A stretch of DNA of 64,000 nucleotides, taken from NCBI GenBank assembly GCA_045863235.1, contig BTUM01000014.1:1-64000 (forward strand), written 5' to 3'. Shown here one piece after another: positions 1 through 11,645 of the stretch. Source of the stretch: Candidatus Xenobia bacterium (lineage in GTDB: Bacteria > Vulcanimicrobiota > Xenobia > Xenobiales > QWHO01). The position numbers were made by a program, and so were the translations under genes. The notes beneath the pieces are model-generated. The model saw only the letters and a program-made list of their open reading frames with translations, was not told the origin of the DNA and made no database searches. The first letter of the stretch is position 1; each line of letters begins with the position of its first letter.

Positions 1-105
1 CAGGACTGGTGCCGAGTGACTTCGGATTACACCACTTCCTGAGACACGATCCAACGGTTACAACGGGCCATCGATAAGGCCCTCGGACTTGCTGAACATA
101 CAGAT

Positions 106-621
106 TTGGAAACGTCTGTGCTGCCAACCCTGCTCCGATTGGCGCGAGAGGTCGCCAGGGAGCGAGCCTCGCCCCCCGATTTGGAGGAAGGCCTGACCGG
201 ACACCGCTTGCAACAGTTGTTCCGCAATCTCTCGGATGTCGACAGGGCCGACCTGATTGTCTCGCTCGAGCGTCTGGGACTTCCCCTGCGCCAACTAGCC
301 GACCAACTGGGGGTCGGCGTCCGAAGACTTCAAATGCTGCGAATGCTGACCCGGTTTCCGGCGGATGTGAAAGATCTTCTTCGTCAGCGAAACATTCGGG
401 AGGCGAAATTACGGCCACTCTGGCGATTCCCTGCCGAGACACGGGACGAGCTTGCACGGGTGATCGCACTGCACTCTCCAACCTGTACCCAGGTCAATGC
501 GTGGGTAGAACGGTTGGAACACGCCATGGAACTTGAGAATCCTGGGCCTGCACCGAGCCTATTGCTAGAAGGAATATCAACAAAGCGATCTACCCAGATC
601 GCAGGCGACTCGGGTCTATAA
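106..621 (+). CDS. ParB/Spo0J-like HTH-domain protein, possibly a fragment
   Basis: The segment 'LFRNLSDVDRADLIVSLERLGLPLRQLADQLGVGVRRLQMLRMLTRFPADVKDLL' resembles the ParB HTH region. No N-terminal ParB nuclease/CTPase domain is present, and an in-frame stop lies upstream at 40-42. Confidence 0.45.
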   Translation: METSVLPTLLRLAREVARERASPPDLEEGLTGHRLQQLFRNLSDVDRADLIVSLERLGLPLRQLADQLGVGVRRLQMLRMLTRFPADVKDLLRQRNIREAKLRPLWRFPAETRDELARVIALHSPTCTQVNAWVERLEHAMELENPGPAPSLLLEGISTKRSTQIAGDSGL

Positions 622-667
622 GCGAATCACCGATATCAGATCCAGAGACATAGGGGGAGAACGAGAG

Positions 668-1615
668 ATGGCAAGAACCGCTGCTAAGCGCACCCTTACA
701 TTGGACCTCAAAGTTGGGGACAGAAACCAAGAGGTCGCTATGGTTTACTGGTTCATGAAACGTTTTGGCTACTTTGATGGGATCCGCAGCTGGCATCCGA
801 CCGATTTGTATACACCGGCCCTAGAAGAAGCCGTTATCCGTTACCAGTCTTTCAACGGCTTGGCAACCACCGGCTTGGTTAACGCAGAAACCCGCGCCCA
901 GATTTCAGCACCTCGCTGTGGGTGCCCCGACATCGTGCCGGTTAAACTCGCCAATCGATGGCCCTCTAAGAATCTCAAATATCACTTTGAGAACTATACA
1001 GCCGATATGACTCAACAACGAGTGCGTGCTGCAGTGCAGCGCGCACTCTCCACCTGGGCGGCGGAGGGATTCACCTTTACAGAGGGAGACAATACGTCTG
1101 AGATCAGAATCAAATGGGGAACTGGCGACCACGGCGACGGCTATCCTTTTGACGGTCCGGGGAAGGTCTTGGCACATGCATTTTACCCCCCGCCGCCTGC
1201 TAATCCGGTAACGGGGGATGCCCACTTTGACGACGCAGAGAAATGGTCAGACGACAACCCACCCACCGGTTTCGATCTCGAAACGGTGGCTCTGCACGAG
1301 TTCGGGCATACATTAGGGCTGGACCATTCACCCGATAGGAACTCAGTAATGTATGCTTCCTACAGTGGAATTCGAAGAGTCCTCACGGCAGACGACAAGA
1401 AGCGTCTTAAGGACCTTTATAAACCATTCTCGGGCAACCCTTCCTTCGAAGCAGTTGATTCGGCCCTGCTAGTCGCGATCGCCAACAATGCTGCGGCACT
1501 GGCGGAGAAAGTTTTCGAGAAGGAGTCCAATGCCAGTCGGCCGACCATGGTGACCAACGTCGAGGCCATTATCAGCGCATTCAAGAGAGGCCTTATTGAC
1601 AGCCACGATGACTGA
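668..1615 (+). CDS. Matrixin (M10A, MMP-like) metalloprotease with peptidoglycan-binding-like prodomain
   Basis: Cysteine switch PRCGCPD, 'HGDGYPFDGPGKVLAHAF', zinc motif HEFGHTLGLDH and Met-turn SVMY. Confidence 0.92.
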   Translation: MARTAAKRTLTLDLKVGDRNQEVAMVYWFMKRFGYFDGIRSWHPTDLYTPALEEAVIRYQSFNGLATTGLVNAETRAQISAPRCGCPDIVPVKLANRWPSKNLKYHFENYTADMTQQRVRAAVQRALSTWAAEGFTFTEGDNTSEIRIKWGTGDHGDGYPFDGPGKVLAHAFYPPPPANPVTGDAHFDDAEKWSDDNPPTGFDLETVALHEFGHTLGLDHSPDRNSVMYASYSGIRRVLTADDKKRLKDLYKPFSGNPSFEAVDSALLVAIANNAAALAEKVFEKESNASRPTMVTNVEAIISAFKRGLIDSHDD

Positions 1616-2293
1616 TTGTCGGCTTTCTGTCGCCGTGAACATTTTTCTTGCCACCCCTCGTAATGTTTATCTGGCGCGGTATCCGAGCTCCGAGCTCGCC
1701 CGTCTCTGCAGAGCTCCAGCTCTGCCCGAAGGTCGCCGAGGAGGATAGGTGCCTTAGGTGCCTCGTGTTCGTAGGCTGCGCTACTCGCTACTCCAAACGA
1801 CGCATGTGGACCGGCTCAAGCGGGCGACCAAGTCAAGTCGTCTGATCGTCTGCTCGTGATTGAACGCCCGACATGAGGATCGACAAAGTCGCGTTTGGCG
1901 GGGGTCGGAGGGAGGCAGCCCCCGTGGTGCCATGTTGTCCTGCCCAAGCATCCTGCTCAGGAGGGTTTCTGGACCCTGCACCGTACATTCCGCCAGTCAC
2001 AGACTTCGCGTACATCGTACACCGGCTGGGTCTTCAACCTTCAATCATCTCCGCTGGACGTTGAAGTGCAAGCTCTCTGGTCTTGCAGTTCTGGCGCGTT
2101 CATTCCCTGATGCCCGCCCCGCAGGCGTCGGAGACTCGTCGAGCGTCAGCACCTGGCTTCCTGGCTCGACAAGACGACAAGATGGAGGATGGAGGACTGC
2201 TGAGCCAGATAGATCGATAGATCGGCTCGAGCAACTCGCCCACTCTGTGCGTGAGCCGCGTGAGCGTCCTGCGGGCCACGAATACGCCCGGCG

Positions 2294-3544
2294 TCAACCA
2301 GGATTGGAGACTGCCAGGACCTGGGCCAGGGCCATAAGCAGCTCGGGCCCTTGAAGCGGCTTGGAGAGAAGGCCGTTCATCCCCGCCTGCAGGCAGGGCC
2401 GCAGGGCGGTCTCTCGCTTGCCGGCCGTGAGGGCCAACATGGGGCAGGCATGGCCCTGGGCGCGCAGGAGGCTGGCCACCTCGGCGCCGCCCATCCCGGC
2501 GACCTGGAGATCGATCAACAGGACGTCAAAGTCCATCAGGGCACACATATCGATGGCCGTTGGCCCGTCCGGGGCGATGATCACCTCATGACCGATCGGG
2601 GCCAGCACCTGGTGAACCAGCGCCTGAGTGGCCGGGTCGGCGTCCACCAGCAGAACCTGCAGCGGCCCGGCCGGGAGCTGCTGGGGCACGGTCGCGGAGG
2701 GAGGCGCCAGGTCCAGGGCGGGGGGATCGAGGGCGCGCAGCAGGACCTCGCGCACCTGGCTGGCAGGCGGGCGCAGCTCAGGGGTCTTATCGAGCAGGCG
2801 GACGATGACGGCGTCGAGCTCGCGGGGCAAGTCAGGCCTGAGGTCGCGCAGGCGGGGCGGGGGCTGGTCCAGGTGGGCCTTCATGATCTCGAACTCGTTT
2901 TTTCCGGGGAAGGGCCACTGCCCGGTCAGGGCGTGGAACATGGTGCAGCCCAGGGAATAGAGATCACCCGGCGGCCCCACCTCCCGCGTGCTGCGGATCT
3001 GCTCGGGGGAGACATAGGCGGCGGTACCCATCATCACGCCCGGCTCAGTCAGGCCCGACTGCTGGCCCTGGCGCCGCACCAGCCCGAGGTCTGCGATCTT
3101 GGCCACCCCGTCCCGACTGAAGAGGATGTTTCCTGGCTTGATGTCGCGGTGCACCAGGCCTTGATCGTGGATGTACTGCAGCCCCAGGCAAACCTGGGCG
3201 AAGATCTCCAGGGTGCGGCTCAGGGTGAGCGTGCCCTGCAAGAGCTCGGCCAGGTCGCCGCCCTCGAGCAACTCGATGAGCAAGAAGTGCTGCCCCTCCC
3301 ACTCGAAGCTCTCGATGAGGGAAACGACGTTGGGGTGGGAAAGGGCGGCCAGCGCCTCGGCCTCGTGTCGCTGGCGCTGCGTAAACTCGGGATCGCAGCC
3401 CACGGGCAGGACCTTGACGGCGACTTCCAGGCCCCAGCGGGTGTCGAGGACCTTGAGCACCTCTCCCATCCCGCCATGCCCCAGGACGGAGAGGTAGTTC
3501 AGGAAATGAGGCAGCTCCTGTGGCACGCGGACCCACTTCCCCAT
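2294..3544 (-). CDS. Hanks-type Ser/Thr protein kinase fused to a C-terminal receiver (REC) domain
   Basis: GHGGMG, VAVK, HRDIKPGN, DLG and SPEQ kinase motifs; C-terminal 'VLLVDAD...DVLLIDLQ...LALTA...SKP' receiver fold. Confidence 0.9.
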   Translation of the reverse strand: MGKWVRVPQELPHFLNYLSVLGHGGMGEVLKVLDTRWGLEVAVKVLPVGCDPEFTQRQRHEAEALAALSHPNVVSLIESFEWEGQHFLLIELLEGGDLAELLQGTLTLSRTLEIFAQVCLGLQYIHDQGLVHRDIKPGNILFSRDGVAKIADLGLVRRQGQQSGLTEPGVMMGTAAYVSPEQIRSTREVGPPGDLYSLGCTMFHALTGQWPFPGKNEFEIMKAHLDQPPPRLRDLRPDLPRELDAVIVRLLDKTPELRPPASQVREVLLRALDPPALDLAPPSATVPQQLPAGPLQVLLVDADPATQALVHQVLAPIGHEVIIAPDGPTAIDMCALMDFDVLLIDLQVAGMGGAEVASLLRAQGHACPMLALTAGKRETALRPCLQAGMNGLLSKPLQGPELLMALAQVLAVSNPG

Positions 3545-3581
3545 GCTGGCGCGTCAGTTCCTGGTGAACCTGGGGTCCATA

Positions 3582-4043
3582 TCAGAGTTTGCCCAGGTCC
3601 GCGTCCCGAAGTCCCACCAGCACCGAATCGCCCGCCGGGGTCACGCGCAACTCGCCGTAGCGAGCCGCGGCGAAGTGCTCGGCCTGGCCCTCCTGGAAGA
3701 AGTAGCTCTCGGCTCCCAATCGGGGCTCTCCCTCGGGTCCGCCGCGATAGCGCAGCAGCAGCTCGCCGGGAGCCAGCTGGCCACCCTCGTAAGGACGCAC
3801 GAACTGAGCCACGCCCCGGGCGTCGAGCTGGATCACCATGCGACCCGAGCCGCTGACCCGGCTGGCCAGGGCATAGCGAAGGCGCATATAGTCTCCCTGC
3901 ATCAGCGAGCGGGGGTCCACCGGAGCAAGCTCGAGCAGAACCGGTTGGCCTCGCGCCAGCAACATTTCCTTTTGAGCCACGAGCAGGCTGGGAACCCCCA
4001 GCGCCAGAACCAGACCCAGCCAGAGCAGCAGACGACGGCTCAT
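3582..4043 (-). CDS. GDYXXLXY-domain membrane-anchored protein
   Basis: 'LAPVDPRSLMQGDYMRLRY' signature plus an N-terminal TM helix. Confidence 0.9.
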   Translation of the reverse strand: MSRRLLLWLGLVLALGVPSLLVAQKEMLLARGQPVLLELAPVDPRSLMQGDYMRLRYALASRVSGSGRMVIQLDARGVAQFVRPYEGGQLAPGELLLRYRGGPEGEPRLGAESYFFQEGQAEHFAAARYGELRVTPAGDSVLVGLRDADLGKL

Positions 4044-5005
4044 CGCAGCAACCTCCAGCGCACCAGCAGCAGCACGCCCCCGCTGAGGGCCATCAGGCCC
4101 GACTTGGCCAGCAGCGTGAGTCCCAGGTCATAGTAGTAGAGGGCTCCGCAGACGATCAAAAAGATCCAGGCCAGACCCTGTAGCAGCAGGCTGCGCCGGT
4201 AGAATCCCAGCATCAGGGCTCCCAGAGCGGCCGGTATGCCGGGCGCGCTCAAGGTCGACAGCCCCAGCACCGCCACGCCCAGCGGGCCCCAGAATCGGCC
4301 CGACAGTCGCCAGGCCAGCCCGGACACGGCCAGGGTCAAGACAGCGGCAGTCCAGTAGCCGGGCTTCAAGATCAAGATCAGAGCAAAGCAACCCACCACC
4401 GAGGCGAAGGACAGCGGTGGGAGGGCGGGCCCCAGGGGGGTGGAGGCCAACCGGGGGGCCTGGAGCCACAGCCATCCAGCCGTCAGGGCGATTGGCACGA
4501 CCACCATGGCGGGGGTGAGCCACCCGTACTCGAGACAGAGATAGGCCAGGATGGCGCACATGGCCAGGCAGGTGAGAAAACGGCCGGTTCGGTCGGGATA
4601 GACCCCGATCAACAGGGCCATGAAGACCATCGTGACGGGGGCCCAGAGCTCGTCCATCAGCCACCCCAGACCCACGGCCACCAGGATCTGGCTGGTCAGC
4701 ATCCCGGCCAGGGCCAGCTGATTGAAGAAGTCGTTGCTGCCCTCGCGGATGGACCTGCGCAGGAACGTGGCCCCCAGCCCCAGGATCAGCCCCAGCACCA
4801 GGAGCGACAGCTCTGAATTGAGCAGCTGGGCCAGAAGGAGGCAGACCACAGCGAAAAGCGAGGCAAGCCAGGCTCCCAGGCCCAACAGCAGGCGGATGAA
4901 CCAGGGAGGGCGGTCATGCTCGTCCATGGCTTCCAGTTGGGGCAGGGCCTCGGGATCGATCAGGCCCTGGCGGCTCAGCTCTTGCAGAAGCTGGGGCCAG
5001 TTCAT
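4040..5005 (-). CDS. DUF4401-like multi-pass membrane protein
   Basis: Start MNWPQLL at 5005 overlaps the upstream stop (ATGA). Many TM helices and C-terminal 'YYYDLGLTLLAKSG'. Typical partner of GDYXXLXY and DUF2157 genes. Confidence 0.75.
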   Translation of the reverse strand: MNWPQLLQELSRQGLIDPEALPQLEAMDEHDRPPWFIRLLLGLGAWLASLFAVVCLLLAQLLNSELSLLVLGLILGLGATFLRRSIREGSNDFFNQLALAGMLTSQILVAVGLGWLMDELWAPVTMVFMALLIGVYPDRTGRFLTCLAMCAILAYLCLEYGWLTPAMVVVPIALTAGWLWLQAPRLASTPLGPALPPLSFASVVGCFALILILKPGYWTAAVLTLAVSGLAWRLSGRFWGPLGVAVLGLSTLSAPGIPAALGALMLGFYRRSLLLQGLAWIFLIVCGALYYYDLGLTLLAKSGLMALSGGVLLLVRWRLLR

Positions 5006-5901
5006 CGGCGGGCCTCGAAGCGCAGCCAGGAGGCGGCCAGAGCCAGCTGGGCCAGCAGAATGACGGCCAGCAGAAGCCAGAAAGCCGGGCTGTCGGCCAT
5101 CTGCCCGAAGGCTTTGATGAAGGCCGTGGTCAAAAGCGTGATGACCGAGCCGGCCGCCAGAGCCAGGAAGAAGAGCTGATGACGCGGGCGATACCACAGC
5201 ACCACCAGAGGCAGGGCGACCAGGGCGGCCAGGGGGGCCTCGCCCGAGATCTGCTGGCAAACGGAGGCCCAGGTCAGGCAGCCCACCGCCAGGGTCCCCA
5301 GGGCGGCCACCAGCCAGCCCCGCTGAGCGCGTTCGCCCACTACCCAGAAAATCGCATTGCATCCAGCCAGAATCAGGGTAAAGGCCGGCTCCTCAGGGCC
5401 CATCCCCAGCTCCTGGGAGAGATAGAGCCCCAGAGACAGGTTCCCCAGCAAGGTCCATCCCAACCAGAGCGGAGAAAGCCCGGCCGCCGCCACCCAGGGA
5501 ATCGCCAGCAAGGCCCAGGTGGTGAAGAGCAGGTAGGAGTCGGCGCCGGTCTGGTAGGCCTGGCCATAGACCGCCAGCAGAGCGCCGATCAGGGTGCTGG
5601 CGGCGGCCAGACAAACCCGCCCGGCCAGGTTGTCGCGCCGACCGGCCAGGAAAAGGGCCACGATCAGTCCCTCCAACAGGCCCAGCTTGGCCAGGTGGCT
5701 TAAATCTCGCCAGTTGTAGGCAAAAAAGAAGAAGACACCGGCCAGGAGCAGCAGGGCGCCCAGTCCGGCCAGTGCCCGATCCAGGAAGCTCCGCCAATCC
5801 TCCGCCGAGGGAGGGGCATAAATCAGCTCGAGACCGCGCTCCACAGCCCCCGGTGCGACTCCCGGTTGGGCCCGCAGGGCGGCCACTCGCTCGGGATCCA
5901 T
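5002..5901 (-). CDS. DUF2157 membrane protein
   Basis: 'GVFFFFAYNW' and 'YGQAYQTGAD' motifs; first gene of the DUF2157-DUF4401-GDYXXLXY operon. Confidence 0.85.
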   Translation of the reverse strand: MDPERVAALRAQPGVAPGAVERGLELIYAPPSAEDWRSFLDRALAGLGALLLLAGVFFFFAYNWRDLSHLAKLGLLEGLIVALFLAGRRDNLAGRVCLAAASTLIGALLAVYGQAYQTGADSYLLFTTWALLAIPWVAAAGLSPLWLGWTLLGNLSLGLYLSQELGMGPEEPAFTLILAGCNAIFWVVGERAQRGWLVAALGTLAVGCLTWASVCQQISGEAPLAALVALPLVVLWYRPRHQLFFLALAAGSVITLLTTAFIKAFGQMADSPAFWLLLAVILLAQLALAASWLRFEARR

Positions 5902-6207
5902 ACCGCCATCATGAGGGGTGGTCCATCCCGAGTAAAGGGGGCATCTGACCCAACGTAGCTCGCGCCCGCCTTTCTGCTGAGCAAACCTCGATGCGACCGG
6001 ATGATGCCCAAAGTTGACACGCTCGGTGTCGGCTCATGAGCAGACACGGTGCCCGGATGGTGGTTGAACCGGTCGTGGTCGCGAACTCGAAGTCGCTGTG
6101 GGGCGCGCCCGCACAGCGCCTGACGGAGTGCGACGAGCGCCCCCACGCGGGCGAGCCTGAGTCCCGCTTGCGAAAGGCCGGGCCGCAAGGTCCTCGAATC
6201 ATCGCCC

Positions 6208-7593
6208 ATGAGGACCCTGTGGGTGTGGCTCATGACCCTGGCCCTGGCTGCGGCTGAGCCCACTACATTGCCCGTTTCCCTCGACCCGGCCGGGCCCTAC
6301 CTGATTCTGGTCAGCGCCCGGGCCGAGAAGGCGAGCCCTCAGGCCCTGACTCAGGCCCTCGAGCTCCATCCCAGAGCGATCCGAGGGCGCCTCGACCTGC
6401 CCGAACTGGCCCAGGCTTCGAAGTTGCTCGAGCGTCACCGCCCGCACTTCACGCTGGTCGTGCTCATGCCCGACGAGTTGGACGCCAACCTGGCCTGGAA
6501 GTGGCTCGAACGGACCGCGGGGGTGGACAGCGATCCCTTCGTGGACACGCGCACGGGCTTTCTGACGGCCCCCCAGGCGAGCGCCTACTTCCAGCGACTG
6601 ACAGACGTTCTGGCCGGTCGCGAGCGCGTTCCAGGCATTCTGGTGGACAACCTGGGCCCCATGAGCCAGGGGCTGAAGAGTGGCCAGCTCCAGACTTCGC
6701 GGTCGAGCTTCTTTCTACGGGCCCTCAAGGGGCTCCAGGTGATCACGCTGTCCCACGGACCGGGCAAGCCCCCGGCGGCCGCCCTCGAGTCGATGAGCAC
6801 CGCGGGGGTTCTCCACCTGGGCGGACACGGGGTTCCGGATCGTGTCACAGAGGGAATGACGGCCTCCCAGGTCGGCCAGCTCCAGCTCCCGCCAGCCTTC
6901 GTGTTCAACGGCTGCTGCTACGGCGGGGTGACCGGCCGCTACTACGAGGCCGGGCGCTGGCAGACAGCTGGCACAAGCTTCTGCCTGGCCCTGCTCGGCC
7001 GCCGCCCGCTGGCCTACTTCGCCAGCCTGCACCCTGATCACGGAATGCCGGTGTATCAAGAGATCGAGCGCCTGGCCTGGCAGGGGGGCTCGGCGGGCAG
7101 CCTCATCAAAGCCACCCACGACGAGGTGATCCTGGCTCTGGGCTCGGCCGACATGCCTATTCTCAAGTCCGGACAGCCGCCCAGCTGGACCCCGGGCCAG
7201 TTGATGCTCTACGGCACCGCCTCCCGGGTCCTGTTTGGCGACCCGGCGGTGGTGCTGGGCCTGCCACAGGTGCCGGCCCCGCTCTCGCTCGCGCCCGGGG
7301 AAGTGCGGGTGCAAAACCCGGCCCTGGCCGCCTCCCTGACCGACACGTTCGCCGGCGATCTGTGCAGCACGCCCAACATGTTCAACGCCCGGGCCGTGTT
7401 CTTGTTGAGCGGGCAACAGGGCCCCGTGAAGATCACCGGCGTGAGGGTCGGCCAGCGAGCCCTCCGCTTTCGGGTGGTTGGGCAGGCCGTGGAACTGGGG
7501 AAAGGGTTGCATGTCCAGGTCGACTGCGAGTCGACCGGGATGTTTCGCTCGCCGTTCTTCTCACGCCGCTCTCGCATCCTCTGGCAGAAATGA
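6208..7593 (+). CDS. Secreted protein with a clan CD (gingipain/C25-like) cysteine peptidase domain
   Basis: Signal peptide; 'LHLGGHG', 'FVFNGCCYGG' and 'LFGDPA' match the His-Gly, Cys and LxGDP pattern of C25 peptidases. Confidence 0.6.
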   Translation: MRTLWVWLMTLALAAAEPTTLPVSLDPAGPYLILVSARAEKASPQALTQALELHPRAIRGRLDLPELAQASKLLERHRPHFTLVVLMPDELDANLAWKWLERTAGVDSDPFVDTRTGFLTAPQASAYFQRLTDVLAGRERVPGILVDNLGPMSQGLKSGQLQTSRSSFFLRALKGLQVITLSHGPGKPPAAALESMSTAGVLHLGGHGVPDRVTEGMTASQVGQLQLPPAFVFNGCCYGGVTGRYYEAGRWQTAGTSFCLALLGRRPLAYFASLHPDHGMPVYQEIERLAWQGGSAGSLIKATHDEVILALGSADMPILKSGQPPSWTPGQLMLYGTASRVLFGDPAVVLGLPQVPAPLSLAPGEVRVQNPALAASLTDTFAGDLCSTPNMFNARAVFLLSGQQGPVKITGVRVGQRALRFRVVGQAVELGKGLHVQVDCESTGMFRSPFFSRRSRILWQK

Positions 7594-7613
7594 AGGTCCC
7601 GGCCCACAAGGAA

Positions 7614-7637
7614 GCGGGCCTGCCAGGGCAGGCCCGC
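7614..7637. terminator. GC-rich hairpin between convergent genes
   Basis: Inverted repeat GCGGGCCTGCC / GGCAGGCCCGC. Confidence 0.5.
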
Positions 7638-7671
7638 CGCTCAAGCCGAATCGAGAGTTCGATGCGTGTGC

Positions 7672-8352
7672 TCAGGCCCCGGCCAGCACGAACTTGAAGG
7701 TGTGCACGTTCTCGCCCTCGGTGCCCATCACGAGGGACGGATCGTAACCACGCTCGCCTTCCTCGCGATCGATGATGGGGTCGACGGTGTTGTAGGGATC
7801 GTCGTGGAAGTAGAGCTGCGAGAGCAGCGGCTGGTAACCGGGGGCGCTCACCTTCACATGCACGTGAGCCGGCCGGAAGAGCCGCTGGCCGGTGCCCGGG
7901 TCGACGCCCAGGTCGTAGTTGCCCGGGCGCACGGCGTCAAAGTCGGCTTTGCCCTCGCCATCGGCCTGCTGGCGGGCACGGCCGCGGAACTCGGAGCTCT
8001 CCATGTCGTAGACGCCGTTCTTGTCGGCCGTCCAGACATCCACCATGGCACCCGGGATGACGTGGCCATCGGTGTCCACCACCTGAGTGCGGTAGCTGAC
8101 CCGGGTGCCCTCTTCGGCGGCCGAGAACAGCTCGGAGCGCACGGGGGCGTTGGGGCGGTAGTAAGGTCCCTGCACGTCCCCGAGGGTGGGGGCGAGCCGC
8201 TCGGCCGGCCTGGTCAGGCTGAGCAGCTGGGCGCGGGTAGGAAAGGCCTGCGGCGAGGCGCTGGACTCGAAACGGTCGCTCGCGCCGGCCGTCTGGGGCT
8301 GGCTGGCGATGCGGCTATACTGAAGCTGGGGCGCGGTGGCGGTGATAACCAT
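7672..8352 (-). CDS. Intradiol ring-cleavage dioxygenase family protein
   Basis: GPYY, 'VDVWTADKNGVYD', 'RPGNY' and 'RPAHVH' retain the Tyr/Tyr/His/His iron ligands. Confidence 0.85.
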   Translation of the reverse strand: MVITATAPQLQYSRIASQPQTAGASDRFESSASPQAFPTRAQLLSLTRPAERLAPTLGDVQGPYYRPNAPVRSELFSAAEEGTRVSYRTQVVDTDGHVIPGAMVDVWTADKNGVYDMESSEFRGRARQQADGEGKADFDAVRPGNYDLGVDPGTGQRLFRPAHVHVKVSAPGYQPLLSQLYFHDDPYNTVDPIIDREEGERGYDPSLVMGTEGENVHTFKFVLAGA

Positions 8353-8490
8353 GAAAGGGTCCTCCCCGATATATTTTGCTTGATTCGCGCAGACTAGCAG
8401 ATCGGCAACAGGAGGCTTGTTACGCTTTGTCGCCCGGATCGTTAACGCCCGGACAGGGGCGGGAAGCCCGCTGGCAGAAGCTCAGCCAGC

Positions 8491-10506
<2,016 letters not shown>

Positions 10507-10533
10507 ACTTCGTCGCCTTGACGCGTTGGAAAT

Positions 10534-11121
10534 TCAGTTTCGAAAGAACACCCTCAAGGGGAGCTGGACGACCTCCAGAGTCTCCGACCCGTAGCGCTTG
10601 CGGGAAAGCTCGAGCTGCAGCTCCAGCATGTCCTCGCTCAGAGTAAAGTCGCAGCGGGTGACGTTGCGGGCCAGCAGCTTGCCGCCGGTACGAAATCCGG
10701 CCAGACCGACGAGCGGCGCCGGGGTGGAACTGGGTGGCACCAGCGGCGTCTCGGTCCAGAAGACCTCCCGAGTGGCCGAGTTGTAGTAGCAGATGAGGTA
10801 CTTGTGCCAGAGGGGGCTGCGGGTGCCGGGATCATAGTCGTACTCCTGGGTGGCATCGTTCCAGCAGGTCAGGAATGCGACCGCTGTTCCCGTGCCCGGA
10901 CCGGGGTCGAGCACGGCGCTGGCGTAGACGCTGCGCTCGATCTCTCGGCTCAGGCGCCCGGTGATGACCTGGGCCTCCTGAAGCAGTTGGGTCTGAGCCT
11001 CGGACTTCTTCCAGGCGCTGGCCCCGGTGCGGTAGATGAAGAACATCATGAGAAACAGGATGGCCAGCAGCATGTAGGCAACCATGGCCTCGATCAGCGT
11101 GAATCCCTGTCTGTTCGTCAT
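10534..11121 (-). CDS. Prepilin-type (PilW/pseudopilin-like) protein
   Basis: N-terminal '[11 protein letters not shown]' type IV prepilin cleavage/methylation motif. Confidence 0.8.
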   Translation of the reverse strand: MTNRQGFTLIEAMVAYMLLAILFLMMFFIYRTGASAWKKSEAQTQLLQEAQVITGRLSREIERSVYASAVLDPGPGTGTAVAFLTCWNDATQEYDYDPGTRSPLWHKYLICYYNSATREVFWTETPLVPPSSTPAPLVGLAGFRTGGKLLARNVTRCDFTLSEDMLELQLELSRKRYGSETLEVVQLPLRVFFRN

Positions 11122-11645
11122 GGGTGCAGGTGGGTCTCCAGCACGACATTGCCCGTCTGGCCCCAACGAACCTGGACGGAGATGCTCCTGAGGGTGGGGG
11201 AGATCTCCTGACCGGTCACGATGATGTCGAACTTCTGGCTGCTGAGGGTCTGTCCCGGATAAGGCCCGGGAGGAAAGAGCAGCGGGGGGGCGCCGACCGT
11301 GGGGTCGGGATTGCGTCCGTCAAAGGTGTAGGCGCCGTTGGGGATATAGCCAAAGCCGCCCTTCTTGATGTTGAACTTGACCTGCTCGAGAACCTGGTGA
11401 GCAAGCTCGGTGCCGGTGGCCAGGTCGCGCGAGCGGGCCGACAGTTGCACGCCCCCCAGGAAGACTCCCACCAGACCGAGGATGGCCACCGCCACGATGC
11501 CAAAGGCCAGCACCAGCTCCGCCACGGAGAAGCCTCGGGACCTGGCGGCTGTAAACCACTTCAGAGCTGGACCTTTGCCGGACAGGAAAACCGGGCCAGG
11601 GGCCGCGCTCCCCGACGCGATCAAAGAGCGCGTTTCTGAAGACAC
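11118..11645 (-). CDS. Prepilin-type (PilV-like) minor pilin; start codon uncertain
   Basis: 'SRG|FSVAELVLAFGIVAVAILGLV' prepilin motif; C-terminal 'ISVQVRW'. Confidence 0.75.
   Translation of the reverse strand: MSSETRSLIASGSAAPGPVFLSGKGPALKWFTAARSRGFSVAELVLAFGIVAVAILGLVGVFLGGVQLSARSRDLATGTELAHQVLEQVKFNIKKGGFGYIPNGAYTFDGRNPDPTVGAPPLLFPPGPYPGQTLSSQKFDIIVTGQEISPTLRSISVQVRWGQTGNVVLETHLHP

Noticed and set aside
5909..6202. Small ORFs between the DUF2157 and peptidase genes
   Set aside because: No motifs or convincing start signals; treated as divergent promoter or remnant DNA.
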